This document shows, piece by piece, positions 25,671 through 40,339 of a DNA stretch of 64,000 nucleotides. The translations under genes were made by a program, and so were the position numbers. Source of the DNA: Eledone cirrhosa (taxonomy: Eukaryota); contig OZ024741.1 of NCBI GenBank assembly GCA_964016885.1, positions 44,516,001 to 44,580,000 on the forward strand. Direction: 5' to 3'. Each line of letters opens with the position of its first letter. Positions within the stretch are counted from its first letter, which is position 1. The notes under the pieces are model-generated. The model did not search any database, was not told where the DNA came from, and saw only the letters and a list, made by a program, of their open reading frames with translations.

Positions 25671-28600
25671 ACTTTCGTCATTTTCATGAAATTTCATAGA
25701 AACGTTGGTTTACAATGTTTAACAAGTTGAATCAGAAAATAATAATACCAAGATTTCCAATATAATATTGACCTAAGTACCAATAAAGAAATATTTATGA
25801 TCAACTTCGACAATTTTGTCTTGTTATCCTGCAGAGCTCTGAGACAGAGAATGTATTATCACAAACGATTACCAAAATAATGCGCTGACATATCTATGAT
25901 GTTCAAGACGCTTCAATAATCATTTTAAAAACATTTTTGTTTTGATTACAACTATAAAAATAAGCGCCGGTATAATGCCATATATGTCTAGAACTGACTA
26001 CGCTGCACAATATATGGCATTGTCGGGCATTTTATTGTTGTCGCCTATATGTTATTTTTAAATTCCAGGATAAAGGAGATCAAAGGCATTTCACCGTTGA
26101 ACATTCCTCTTCTTGTATATCTAGGACTATATTGTCCAGAGTCTCCTTCTTGCTAAAAGAGTAAGTAGCTTGATTTGAGCGTACAGTGCTGTTGTGCCAA
26201 ACGGGCGTTGTGACTAGGTAGAAGCTCCCTTGATTTTCACTAACAGTTATAGCCATTTAGTTAGTGACAATGGTGCAAAATAATTTTACGTTCAGAGGCA
26301 GTACATTTGAGAATAATGGATAGTACACTAATTATAATTTGGGATTTGCAACTGCATTGCTTATTACTAAATAGGAATTGGCTATGATTAATTATTCCTT
26401 TCTCACGCTATTCAATGTTCCTTATTATCAGTTTCATCAATGTGAAATGAAGCACTTAGGTGAGCATTCGCCAACACCGCTGTAACTAAAATTGTCATAA
26501 TTACGTTATTACACTAATCTAAAATGAAGCTGGAATATCAAAGGTCATATATGACGAAACGACTACAACTGCGTGTAGCATTGTTTGGGGACTATCACAT
26601 ATACACTTCGAGGTAAAAATAGAATTCAACAGGCAGCTTCATTAGGATATCGGATTACATGTTTCAATAACTTTTTGGGATTGTTCCAGAGTTCAAATTT
26701 GTCGAAGTCAATATTGCCATTCATCGCTTCGGAGTCGAAGAAAAAGCTAACAACCCAAGAGTGGTGAATATTAGCGATATTTTAAAGGAATAATATGAGT
26801 CTCTCAGTGGTATCTGATATGGGTCTTTACATTCTGAGTTTCAACCTGCCAATATATGTGACCAGCATATAGTATCGTCAATGAAAAGACGAAAAGACGC
26901 CTTATATACTTGACCCTAGTTGTTGATTGCCTACTTTCGTTTAGATTGCGAAATTTCCTTTTCAGTATTCGAACTGTAATAATATAGTTAAAACAATATT
27001 ACCTCTGTGATAAAGTGCAGACGTATGAACTTGTCATTTCTCTTTTAGGCTCTCCGTCAAAAGTTTCACTGTTTGATTCTAGGTCTGGGCGGCGTGTTGT
27101 GGTCAAGAGAAATATACTTTATTTACGTTGCATCAGTACACGCGGCTGAAAAAAATTAATACATACTGTAGCTAGTGGTGGGTTAACTGTGCGACGGGCA
27201 TACGACATGTCTCGTAGCGAGTTTTCTATTCAGTCAGGTAAAGTCACGGAATACCACATGCTCCGACCTGATACGCCAGTGTACTTCGGGCAGATTAATT
27301 AACTCATGCATGTGGTTTTGCTTCCACTAATGCCTTACCTTTTAATAATTATAAGTACATCCACGAGTGCAACTACCTGGAAACATCATCCATGTTAGAT
27401 CCTGGAATCGGTCATTGGATGTTTCAGTTTTTACAACAAACGCCTTCATTCACGTGATCCGAGTTGGCGGGAACCAGCCTCAGTTAATATGGAATAATTC
27501 TGATCACACCGCCTCCATTTCTTTAACCACAGCTGTCTGAATTGTGAATAACCTGAAAGAATATAATCAAACTCTCCATAATTTTCTGTAGCTGTTGTTT
27601 TTCGGGAGTTCGGACCGTATTAATTCTATGTTAGCCTTCAGGTAGAAATTATGAATTCATTATTGTGAGAAACTGAAAGAGATTATAATAGATTATCTAC
27701 GAATAATAGATCAGTTTACGTAGTGTGATCCTTAAGTGAATTTATGGGAAGCATACAAGTAATCAAGTTAATAGTGGAGATTGATGCAACGATAATTAGC
27801 TTGCTGCAATTAAAATGGGTTAAAGACGAGATGAAGATGTCACACCAATTACAAGATATGGTGAAGAATATTAACATGCTAGGTTTCCAATAATATAGCG
27901 ATGTCTCTTCGTTGGATATATGATAGTACACTTAAATAAATATATGAGCAGTAATAATCTGTATTATGCATCGTATGATAATAATAATTAGGATTACATA
28001 TTTTCGTTATCGATTAAACCTAGTATAGAATGGAACGAACATCCATCAGTTTCGTTAATGAAAACGATTGTCCGAGTAGTTTGATCACCTGAATGCCCTG
28101 CAGGTGGTTGAGCATTTCACAAGAACATGTAAATTAAAGTAATTCTGAAATAGATTCATCTTGACACAGAATGTGACAAGGCAGGCCTTATGAATTACCT
28201 GGGAGATTCCGAATTTTCTGTCAACTCGATTTTACTCACAACGCTTTGGTAAACCCGAGAATATTACAAATTGGACATGCCCAAAATGCGATACATTGGG
28301 ATAGATCCCGGCCATATATTTGGGATGCGGACGTGTCAGCCACTGAAACATTCCTGAATCCACAGATGCATAGGCAATGAACTAGCTGCTTGAGCAATTT
28401 TTTAGTTGTATATCAGTATAAACAAAACACGTAATACATAACATCTTACTCCATTGACCTGATCATATCTAATAGTAATGAGATATATGAGAAACATTGA
28501 CTAGTTAGCAAAGACTATGTTTAACGTAATATATCTCAGTGCGTGTTTATGAGTGTGATTTCGTGTATGTATTATCCGACAGTTTGTTTTTCTCTGTCTG

Positions 28601-29402
28601 TATATATACGGTTGGACCAGTATATTTGTGGATATGTGTGTCTGTGTGTGTGAGTGTGGTCACTTGAAGAATAATTTCAATGCGATGTGGCTGCTACAGG
28701 AAAGAAAACTACAGTCGCACGGAAATATAGGCTACAAGAATAATCTGTATCGAGGACTGTAAGCTATTAACATTGACACAAAATCCTATGTAAAAATTGC
28801 TCATTCACGGGACACCTTCGTTTATGAAAACCTGAAAACCTCGCCAAAGACTCACAACCAGATATTAGAAACGAAATGTGAGCTGCTGTATATTCAGAGC
28901 TCAGCTGACACACAGGAAGAAGTCACGGAACACATGCACCTGATGTACAGCCACAGCATCCGTAACATTCGGTTTTACATACTATCTACAGACAGATAAA
29001 ACATTCAACCAATCAATAGCCAATGACATGGTCTTCATCGACGAGCGATAGGTGCAAAACAAGATGTGCGTGTACGTATGTGTGTGTGTGTGTGAGTGTA
29101 TAGGTGTGTTTATGTGTTTATCTGTGTGACTGTGATTAGACGAACTGTTGTGTTACACAAACTTTCCATCACTAAATCAATAGGTTAAGCAAAAAGGTTG
29201 ACGAATAACTTGAAGCCTTCAGTAATTGACTGGACACGTCATTTAAGTAATAATTCGTCTTCGGTCAGATATCGATTCAAATAATGAACGTACCATGTAT
29301 AAAGCTGTTCATCAATCTATCATCTAACCTATTGATTAAGAAATGGATACTACATGACATACCATACAATCACACATGCACATATATATATATATATATA
29401 TA

Positions 29403-29461
29403 TAGGAAAAAGTATGACCCTACAGCAGAGATCAAGCCGTTTCGACGGCTATTTTCTTCGT

Positions 29462-29462
<1 letters not shown>
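29403..29462 (-). mobile_element. Family D fragment inside (TA)n
   Basis: gaccctacagcagagatcaagccgtttcgacggcta. Confidence 0.6.
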
Positions 29463-29493
<31 letters not shown>

Positions 29494-29639
29494 CATACAT
29501 ATAGGTACATATATATACATATATACTTTTATATATATAAATATACACTCACACACTCACACACACACACACTCATATATACATATATATGAGTGTGTGT
29601 GTGTGTGCGTGCGTGTGCGTGTGCGTGTGTGTTTTCTAG

Positions 29640-30136
29640 CAGTTGCGCCCACTCTGGTCGTCCTCATGCATCAGCACCAGGACCAAGCTGCGCCTGTACA
29701 AGAGTATCGAACTGCCGACACTGCTTTACGCGTATGAATCCTGGAAGAGCATGGCAAAGATAGAGAGACGGCTGAACACGTCTCCCCCAGCGGAGCCTGC
29801 GAATGATCCTTCGTGTGTCCTGGCATGACTGACTGCGAAACGAGGAAATCCTGAGGAGAGCCTAGTCGTGGGCGCTACAGAGGATGGTCGCGAGAGCCGT
29901 TGCTGCCTGGCTGGCCATATTCTGCGCCTGCCCGAAGAATGACACTCGAAAACAACGATGAACTGGACTCCACCTGGCGCAAACGGAGGCAGGGTTTCCC
30001 CAGGATCATCTTGTGAAGAACGTTCCGAAAAGACCTGATGGCAACCAACATCACTTGGCATGGACGAGAAAAAACCACCGCTGGCTAGTACTTACTGCTC
30101 GATGCGCCGAACGGCACGGACAAACCTAAGACTAAG
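29640..30136 (+). mobile_element. RTE-like LINE 3' fragment
   Basis: ISTRTKLRLYKSI.LPTLLYAYESW, and downstream LAGHILRLP..NWTPP. Confidence 0.75.
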
Positions 30137-30699
30137 ATGTATATATATATATATGTATATATATAATTATATATATATATATTAGTGGATTTAATAATAT
30201 TATTTAATATATTTACAAACATTTCTTTCAAATACAGAAGAAAGTACACTTTATTCCTATGTACTGAATTCCTCAGAATCATTAAATTATACAAAAAGCA
30301 TAATTATTTAATAACCGCATGACCGAAAATGTGAACAACTTTTAATATTGTCGGGAAAACGTTAAGATTTCGGGAGTACTAAACACAAATATCTAAATTC
30401 ATTAGTAATATATATACTGTGTAGTAATTAGTTTGACTCGAAAAATCTAATATAAGTATATTATACTCAAATAAACAATATAATAAATTTGATTATTAAT
30501 TAATGCTCGAGCAATTTTAAAACTAACATTAATATAGTATATTAAGAAAAGCAATACAAAAATTATGGAAGCTTAATTCAGTAATAATGTAGCAATCCAT
30601 AGGATGATTTCTAAATATTAAAGAACTAATTCCCTAAAAAGCAGTATTTATAGAATAAAGTCGTGAGTGTACAGCAAACAAAACAGTTTCACCTATACA

Positions 30700-30870
<171 letters not shown>

Positions 30871-30884
30871 TATATATTGCATAT

Positions 30885-31320
30885 GATTCAGGATTGTTAT
30901 AGGATATGTTAAGGCATTTTGAATTCGCCTTTAAAGAGTCTCTGTATCTCCTACTTGGCTTATTATTTAACCTTTTGCACAGCCTGAGGTCGCCATAAAA
31001 CATTTTCCTGTATCCGTCATCCATAGGAATCATAATTGTTTCCTAATAGGCATAGCTTGAGTATATATAATTCTTGCCCTAGTAAAAATCTGTGTCTCGA
31101 ACGAATGTGTTCCAGCATATTTTGTGTATATGCCGGAGGTATCTTTGGTGAAACTGTTCCAACATTCTAACATGCCGTGTGTGCAAGGTCCATGTCTCGG
31201 AGGAACACAATAGTATAGAGAGTGTGAATGAAACGTATACCGCAATTTCGGTCTCCAGTTTCAAGTGACATTGTTACCAGACTTTAGTTCCTCGTCCCCT
31301 AAAGGCTTCAAGATGTAATT
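30885..31320 (-). mobile_element. RTE-like LINE 3' fragment
   Basis: LSILLCSSETWTLHTRHVRMLEQFHQRYLRHI and MDDGYRKMFYGDL..KPSRRYRDSLK. Confidence 0.75.
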
Positions 31321-31605
31321 TAATATCCAATTTGCCACCAGCTTCTTTACTACTATTCAAAGGAGGTCACTGCCCTAAGCACTGTGCATTTGAGTAAAGT
31401 AAGCAAAAATGATATAAAATGAGCAAGGTGAATAAAACAAAATAATAATAATTTAAAGGGTGTTCACTTACATATACAATACAATATATATGTGTGTGTG
31501 TATGTGTGTGTATGTGTGTGTGTGTGTGTATCTGATGGTAGCTAAGATGCTTCCATAGGCGGTATGCCGGTTGAGCACTATATGCTCTTACAGAGCAGAG
31601 TATGA

Positions 31606-31781
31606 TAGAATAGAAAACGAAATATCAGTGACGCATCTGAACTCAATTTATTGTGTGTTACAATTGTTTCGCCGGCGGACAGCTCGAGGCGCGATCATCC
31701 GATCATGTCCGCCGGCGAAACAATTGTAACACACAATAAATTGAGATCAGATGCATCACTGATTTTTCGTTTTCTATTCTC
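31606..31781. mobile_element. Fold-back element with an HHR 3' half
   Basis: Arms of ~75 bp. gtccgccggc-GAAA-caattg-TA-acacac is followed by AATAAA. Confidence 0.65.
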
Positions 31782-31796
31782 TCTCTATATATATAT

Positions 31797-32042
31797 AAGT
31801 GGTTACACAACAGTTAGTTCACCAGACCGAGAACAATTGTTTCACCTTAGCGGATCCTCAGCTCGTAATGGACATGGTTATACGGGCCCGTATAACCATG
31901 TCCAATACGAGCTGAGGATCCGCTAAGGTGAAACAATTGTTCTGGGTATGGTGAACTAACTGTTGTGTAACCACTTCTACCTAACTCGTCCCATGGACTG
32001 AATGCTCTACCACTACGGATATTACCCCTTCCAGTGTTCTAC

Positions 32043-32046
<4 letters not shown>
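31797..32046. mobile_element. Family G near-perfect palindrome with an HHR on each strand
   Basis: Centre at tacgggcccgta (31881-31892). cgag-CTGAGGA-t-cc-gctaa-gg-t-GAAA-caattg-TT-ctcg at 31828-31865 (-) and, with one stem I mismatch, at 31908-31945 (+). Confidence 0.8.
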
Positions 32047-32090
<44 letters not shown>

Positions 32091-32392
32091 CATGTTTGAA
32101 CCCCAGTCTTCCTCCCAAACAAGAAAGATGAACAGACTTTCTCCAACATTTAAATTTTAATTTTTAATTTTTAATTCATTATTTAATTATTTTTAATTGT
32201 AATATTCAATATTTGATAAGATACATCAAAACCGATAATATTTTATATATTTTATAATTTATAAAACTCTTTTTTTTAAAAAAGATTGCTTGTCTCGTTT
32301 TTTTCAGTAATGTCACTTTGACGGATCAAACAAGGAAAAAGTGAAAAACAGATTCCTTAAATTTATTTTCCGGTCTGAATCCAATCCTACTT

Positions 32393-32491
<99 letters not shown>

Positions 32492-32502
32492 AAATATATA
32501 TC

Positions 32503-32600
<98 letters not shown>

Positions 32601-32613
32601 TATACGTATATAT

Positions 32614-32956
32614 ATATTAATAAAAGGAATTCCAACTTTGTCTTATTTGCTCGTTTTATTTACAATCCTTTAAAATTTATAATGTTATTAGAATTAAATA
32701 GTATGGTAGAATATTAAATTTTAAGTCTTAATTCAACTGTTGAAAATTGCAAACTTGACTGTCACTACACAATATGAACCTGAAGATTGCGAAAGCATGA
32801 AAGTACTTGTTCAATTAACACTTAAAATTTAATATTCTGCCATACTATTTCATTCTAATACCATTACAAATTTTAAAGGATTGTAAATAAAACGAGTAAA
32901 TCAGACAAAGTTGGAATTCCTTTTATTAATATACACAATCATACACACCCGTGTAT
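32614..32956 (+). mobile_element. Fold-back element (arms 32614-32733 and 32813-32932) with a minimal HHR
   Basis: Inverted arms read directly. Flanked by (TA)n. Confidence 0.75.
32775..32813 (+). ncRNA. Minimal type I hammerhead ribozyme
   Basis: tgaac-CTGAAGA-t-tgc-GAAA-gca-t-GAAA-gtac-TT-gttca. Confidence 0.8.
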
Positions 32957-32971
32957 ATTTATCTATATCTA

Positions 32972-33015
<44 letters not shown>

Positions 33016-33017
<2 letters not shown>

Positions 33018-33127
33018 GGAAAATGTTCAAGACCCTGACGGCAGAGCTCAAGCCGTTTCGACTACCCTAAGTATTGAGTACTCTGGTGCGTTATGGTCCA
33101 CCTTGTTCCTTACCAAACTTCCTTCGT

Positions 33128-33130
<3 letters not shown>
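33016..33130. mobile_element. Family D rearranged fragments
   Basis: A minus HHR 3' half (33030-33062) is joined to the plus tail (33061-33128). Confidence 0.65.
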
Positions 33131-33180
<50 letters not shown>

Positions 33181-33741
33181 GAAACAAAAGAGAAAGATTA
33201 TTACTAATGTAAGCTAAAATGTAATTTAAAAGTAAATAATCCTTCTTTTCTTGTAGAACATGAATTATATATTCTTATTGTGATAAGATTCGAGTTAATC
33301 TATCTAATGATTATTGTTCTTTAACAAAATATATCTGAAACTGGATTCTACTAATGGAAATAAATGTGGAAAAGTATTTCAGCTAATAATAGGTTGTGAA
33401 ATTATATTATTATGTAATACGATAAAATAAGAAATGCGTAACTATAGTAATATGGTTCACATGATCATAATGTTTTCACATGTCTTACATAATGCTTAAA
33501 GATGTTAAATCCAAATGCCTAATATATTTTGTCATTATCAAACTACTTTCAACCAAATATTGAGACGTATTTATCTTTAAATATCATAGTCAATAAAGCC
33601 ACGTATTCATTTGGTTTGATACTCTTTCAGTAAGATAGATTAATATGATATCCTGTCATGGGAACTAATATACAGTTGACTTCACTACAAAAGGATCTCT
33701 TGTAGCACTCATGCCTTTACACATTTTATTCGCAGAAATGA

Positions 33742-33924
33742 TTGTTTCTACCTTTGGCACAAGGCCAGCAATTATGCAGGTGCATTACTGGTGCTTTAAT
33801 TTTTTCGACCCCTAAAGGAATAAAGGCATAATTAACCTCGGCAGGATTTGAACTCAGAACGTACAGGGACGTAACTGTATGCTGCAAATCATGGCGTCCG
33901 ACCTACCGATTATGCCAATCCATC
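33742..33924 (-). mobile_element. tRNA-derived SINE
   Basis: Reverse complement of the 57720-57906 family. Confidence 0.75.
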
Positions 33925-35472
33925 ACAGAAATAATGGTTTCTTATATTAAGCAAAAAAAGAATTTCTGTGGATATATGGAGACATTACTGAATTGTTTTA
34001 TTCTTCATTTGAAACTTGTCTTAATTTTGTCCCTTCACTTGTGGTGTTTCACCTGCCTTCCATATTGAGTTAGAAATAGGAAAATTTAATGTGAAAACGG
34101 ATTCACAATAAATTAAATTATACAAAATTCATGACAATTCTTTGAGAAAGTTACCAATGACAAAAATGTTGGCAGAAAACGTGAGATATCTTAAGAAAAT
34201 ACATTGCTGTATGTTCATCAATGTTAACATTTGAGTTTAATTCAGGTCCAACGTTACAAATAAATGATTTTACCACCCATCAACACAGCATTCAAATCGC
34301 ATGATGTTTCGGAAACCGTGCTTTACCTCTATTTCCTCCAGGTTTTATTAAAGAAATAACATCCATATGCTTTGGAATCTTAAATATCTATTCTAAAACA
34401 GTGTGTAACACATTGGTGGAAATGGGTTAAATAGATACACCGTATATTGCCGCATACAATCTGATGCATAGGTCGACCCCTACAATTCTAAGGTGTAATA
34501 CAGGTTTGGGCCTATATCTCCCGGATAAGATGGCGTCAAAAAAAACCCAACCACCCACCAAGCCACTACAAATAATGGAGTTGAATGGGAAATAATCCAA
34601 AAAAGTTAGTGGCAACTAACGGCTAGGACACTTCTAAATCACTTCAGTCGCAAATGAGTTCTAACTCACCGAGTAAACCAGCCTAGTCTAAGCTTAAATA
34701 GACGAAAACTGCTTGGCCTACCACTGGATAGATGTTACCTATAATTCAAAGGACTTGTATTGGCACAAACTGTGTCATGCTGAATCCTGCTGAATACTGA
34801 GTTAATAGCACGTGAATGTCATCAACAGGCTTTTTATTTTAATAGAACATTTAGAACACTCCTCCTCCAAACTGATGGTCGCACTTTTCATTCCATTATA
34901 ATTAGTGCCAACCTGGCATAATATAAACAGTTACACTACCAAGAGCGTTCTTTTCTTAATAACATTAAGAAAAGGTCGGGACAGCGTGGTCATATACTGG
35001 GGAAAACGGACAATCTTGTTGGACATAATACTGCTCGATTAGTGTCGACAAAAGAATAAAAAAACGTGAAAATTCTGAAATTTATCCCCATTTTATCAGC
35101 CGTTTTGTACGTTTATCGAAAGTGGTATTTTAATAGTGCTTATGTGTAGATAGATATTCCGTAATATATCCCGGCAACAACCGTATTATCCCACATTACA
35201 CTTTGATATTGAATTTAATTAAGATATAGTAACGTTGCTAATAAACGGTAACGCCGCCAATAATTAAAAGTAAATATCAATACATATAGCCGACACAGTA
35301 AACCAGCCTTTAACTTGCTATCACAACTTACAAGTCCTTTCGACATATTTGTGTTATTAGATATAAAATAATATTGGAAACAAAGTAGGATTATATAATA
35401 TTAAGTGAACATTATTGGTAGTAAATTAACGTTTGTGACTTTATAGCAAAACAAAATTCAATATATAATAAT

Positions 35473-36057
35473 AATTGTTTCTACTTTTGGCACAAGGCCA
35501 TCAATAATCCAATGTATTAATGGTGCTTTATTTTATCGACCTCATAAGGATGAAAGGCAAAGTAAACCTCGACGGGATTTGAACTCAGATCATAAAGGGC
35601 CGTAACACTTAGCTGCAAAGCATGGCGTCAGACCCTCTAATGATACTACCAATCCACACACAAGGCCAACAGTATTGGAGGAGCGGAAATTCGATTGAAT
35701 CGACCCCAGTACGTTACTAGCATTTCATTTTATCGACCGCTATAAAATGAAAGACAAATCTAATCGCGGCGAGATTTGAACGCAGAAATTAAAGGACCGT
35801 AATTATACGCCGCAAATCATCTCTGACATTCTGCCAATACTCTACACTTTTTTACATTAGGCTTAAGGCAAGAAATTTGAATGGGAGGGGGGAATGTCGA
35901 TTAAATCGACTGTAGTCCATCACTGCTGCTTTATTTTATCGTTCCCGAAAGGTGAAAGGTAAGGCTAACCTCAGCAGGATTTTAACTCTGACCATAAAGG
36001 TTTATAACTCCATACTGTAAAGCATAGTATCCGACTCTCTACCGATACTGCCAATCC
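35473..36057 (-). mobile_element. Three adjacent SINE copies (35473-35655, ~35660-35840, ~35865-36057)
   Basis: Each has tttatcgacc..aaggcaaag..ggatttgaactcaga or a close variant. Confidence 0.75.
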
Positions 36058-37216
36058 AACGCTCTAACGTAATGGATAATAATATGAATAATTCATAGCA
36101 ATAATAAAGTGTTAACTAAGAACAGACGAATACTGAACTGTATGGTATTCGAGAACACAACCGCATCCAGTCGACTCACGAGTATCGAAAATGTTCTCTT
36201 CCGGTCTATATTGTCCGTTTTAAAAAGCATCGTTTTGTCTCGTTCATCTTGACAGTCTCCTTCATCTTTTATTAAACATACAACAAACTGTCTTCGTGAA
36301 ACTACGCTTATATTAGTGTCATTTTTTTTTATTGCCCAGGCCGACAGGAGACCCTCCCAATGAATCGGCTCAATCTAAGTAACGATTCGATTTTATAATA
36401 CTGTAGCCAGTTTGTTTTGTTTTTGTTTTTATAAGTGAGACATTGTAGCTAAAAGAAAAATGCAAGATATATAAACGTAATTGAGAACCACGTTTCTTCG
36501 CCATGAATAAAATATGGCTCCTAACCCCGTATAAAAATGCCAAAAAAGCGAGATTTATTCCAGTAGAATCACAGTAGCAGTTTTATCTCTGAAATCTTTG
36601 CATATATCGTTCACATCGAAATAAGATATTGGGTATATATTTGGAATGGTTATGAAGATATTTTCATTTCAATATATTGTCTCCAGCAATGCTGAATGTT
36701 GTTTTTGTACTAATATTGTATATTATATGTATTGTATCAATAATCCATTGCGTTAGACAATAGTTTTCTTCCCTCTGACTCAGTATAATCTAATTTATAT
36801 TCAATACTTAATGTTTAATTCGGAATAATTTGAAGGTACAGAGTAATTTGTAATAATTGGAAACAACTATGACATAAGAAAGATAAAATCACTAATTTTC
36901 TCGCAGTTTGCTCTGGAGTAATTCTTGCTTAATTTCAATGAATTAAGAATGACTTTTACAAAGTATGGCGGGTTTTAAAAGTAAACACACATTTTAATCT
37001 AGATATTGAAAACTTCCATCACATATTTACTTAAACCATGAGTGTAATTTCTAGTTATCTTTAAAATGAACACAAAACTGCCTAAATTACAAAAGAAACT
37101 GATCATTACTACCGTACCAGTGCAGTAGTCTGTACACAGCTGCTCATCTGTAAAAGATGATTAAACTAGATGCTTTCTTCTTCTTCTTCTTCTTGGGAAG
37201 CGGTCCTGTCACACGC

Positions 37217-37262
<46 letters not shown>

Positions 37263-37917
37263 GGAGAGAGAAAAGGACGGACAGAGAAAGAGAGACAGAC
37301 AGACAGGGGCTGAGACAGAGAAAGACTGAAAGGGAGGGAGAAAGAGCGTGAGAGAGAGAGAGAGAATGCCCGATGAAAGATTAACGGACACAATGAGTTA
37401 GAAAGAGGTAAGAATGTGATTTAACACTTATATAATGTAGTTTTAAACTTGATTTATACACAAGAAGAAACACACCCTGTACGCATAAACACAATGTATA
37501 CATTGAATATGATTTACGCAACAAAGGATTCCCCAAAAATGTGAATGTCAATGAGCAGAGTTGTTAGTCTGCGGATGTTAATTAGAAAATATGCATCTCA
37601 AGGGGGGTGCCCCAGCGCAGCCCAGCCGGATGGGTGGAACAGGTAAAAGAGTAATTATAATAAAGACAGATGGATAAATAAAATCTAAGCCAATGTGATA
37701 TACGAGCTTCGATCTCTCTTTATTTGTATATTGGGATGGATTTAATTCGATTTTTTGATATTATATAATGGGGTATATTTATATGGACATTTTTAGCTAG
37801 TTTAGCTTTGTTCTTTTTTATTGGTGGGTGTTATCCTGTCAGTAAAAATACATATATAATATCCTGCGTGTGATATTGTGTAGACTACGACCAATGGGGA
37901 AACATCTCTGCTACGAA

Positions 37918-38635
<718 letters not shown>

Positions 38636-38696
38636 GTAAAAAAATCTTTCATGGGTTCTGAGTATATCTATATATATCTATATCTATATATATATA

Positions 38697-38753
<57 letters not shown>

Positions 38754-38925
38754 ATATAGATATACTCAGAGCCCATGAAATATTACGGACACAGAATGTT
38801 TTGTTTCGACGATTTAGTACTTTGATTAAAATACAAACTATCGTTTGTGGTGATTATTATCACCTGCAAATGATTAAATATATGAATGTAATAGTATATT
38901 TCGATGACATTATACTATACTAGCA

Positions 38926-39107
38926 GGTGAATTGGCAGTATCGGTAGAGGGTAGGATATGCTTTCCAGCATAGTTACGTCCCTTTACGATCTGAGTTCAA
39001 TTCCCGCCGAGGTTTACTTTGCCTTTCCTCCTTACGGGGTCGATAAAATAAAGTACCAGTAATGTACTGGGATAATTGCTGGCCTTGTGCCAAAAGTAGA
39101 AACAATT
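38926..39107 (+). mobile_element. tRNA-derived SINE with an 18-bp TSD
   Basis: A box TGGCAGTATCGG and B box GAGTTCAATTCC. attatactatactagcag occurs at 38909 and 39105. Confidence 0.85.
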
Positions 39108-39879
39108 ATACTATACTAGCAGAAAAAGGACCCTTCGGGTGGTTTTTCTGCTTGCAGGTGTACTGTGTATTATTATACGCAAATATATATGCATGTAGAT
39201 ATGATACATCAAAGAAAATCGCGATTGACAATATACACAGAAATATTCAAAGTAATCCAACTTATTTTACTAATGGGATAAAAGATTATAAACCGTACGC
39301 AGCCCCGCGCTCCTCCCTTTATTATAGTTCAGATGTTCAGCATATAAGTTGAAAGGATATATATAATTTAATGAATTAATAACATTGGAGAAACAACTAT
39401 TTACAGGGAGAAATGTAGTGTCGGAAGCAATTTGTATGATATAGAAAAGGTACTGTGTGTATACGTTAAAAAGTTAACAGAAATATTTAATACGAAGTAT
39501 ACCTCTAGAAATGGCGTGTATGTATGTATGTTATGTCATGTGGCTCTTCAGCGATACTAGTATCATGTTACCCAGTATAACCTGTGCATGGTCGGGTCAT
39601 CTGTGATTTCGGACACCCCGCAGGATGAAAAACAATACTCATCAAAGGTCGGACGTACGCAGGAGAGTCATCGGCCTTCCAAAAAGATATTTTTTATTCT
39701 TTGACGGAGAGGTGGTAGTACATTATAAGCCTTCGCCCCCTCACCAGATGGCCATTAGCAGATCGAGTAGCCATCAATGTGAGGGCGATTCGCCGAGGTG
39801 AAGGCAGCTAGTTGGTCAGTCGTCCTCTCTGTCTCTGATTTTTCGGACCCATGGTTTTTACATATCCCTTTGTTATATT

Positions 39880-39992
39880 TCTAATACCTGATGATATCAC
39901 CGGATTCATATGGAACCCGGTCATTGAAAAGATCAAAGTATAATAAACCTTTCAAGGATTTACACCAGTCCAGCTTCCTGTTATTTTTATTT
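39880..39992 (+). mobile_element. Degenerate PLE-type 3' end with an HHR-like remnant
   Basis: CTGATGA...GAAC-ccgg-TC, then AATAAA and a tail into TA-rich sequence. Confidence 0.3.
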
Positions 39993-40014
39993 ATAAATAT
40001 ATGTATATAGTAAT

Positions 40015-40082
40015 AATAAATGCGAAGACTAAGGGTGAAAGCAGCGATACTTTGCTTAAACTTTAATCTGTTATTTTAACAT
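40015..40082 (+). mobile_element. Family F 3' fragment
   Basis: taagggtGAAAgcagcgatactttgcTTaaactttaatctg. Confidence 0.7.
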
Positions 40083-40106
40083 ATATATTAATATATATAT
40101 GCGTAT

Positions 40107-40224
<118 letters not shown>

Positions 40225-40339
40225 TTGAAAGTAACTTTTTTTACAAAATAAAAAAAACAAGGTGTCCTACACGAGTTAAAGTATAAGGAAAAAAGATGAA
40301 ATCGAAAATGCAACTGGAGTCTTTTTTTATTTAAAGATA

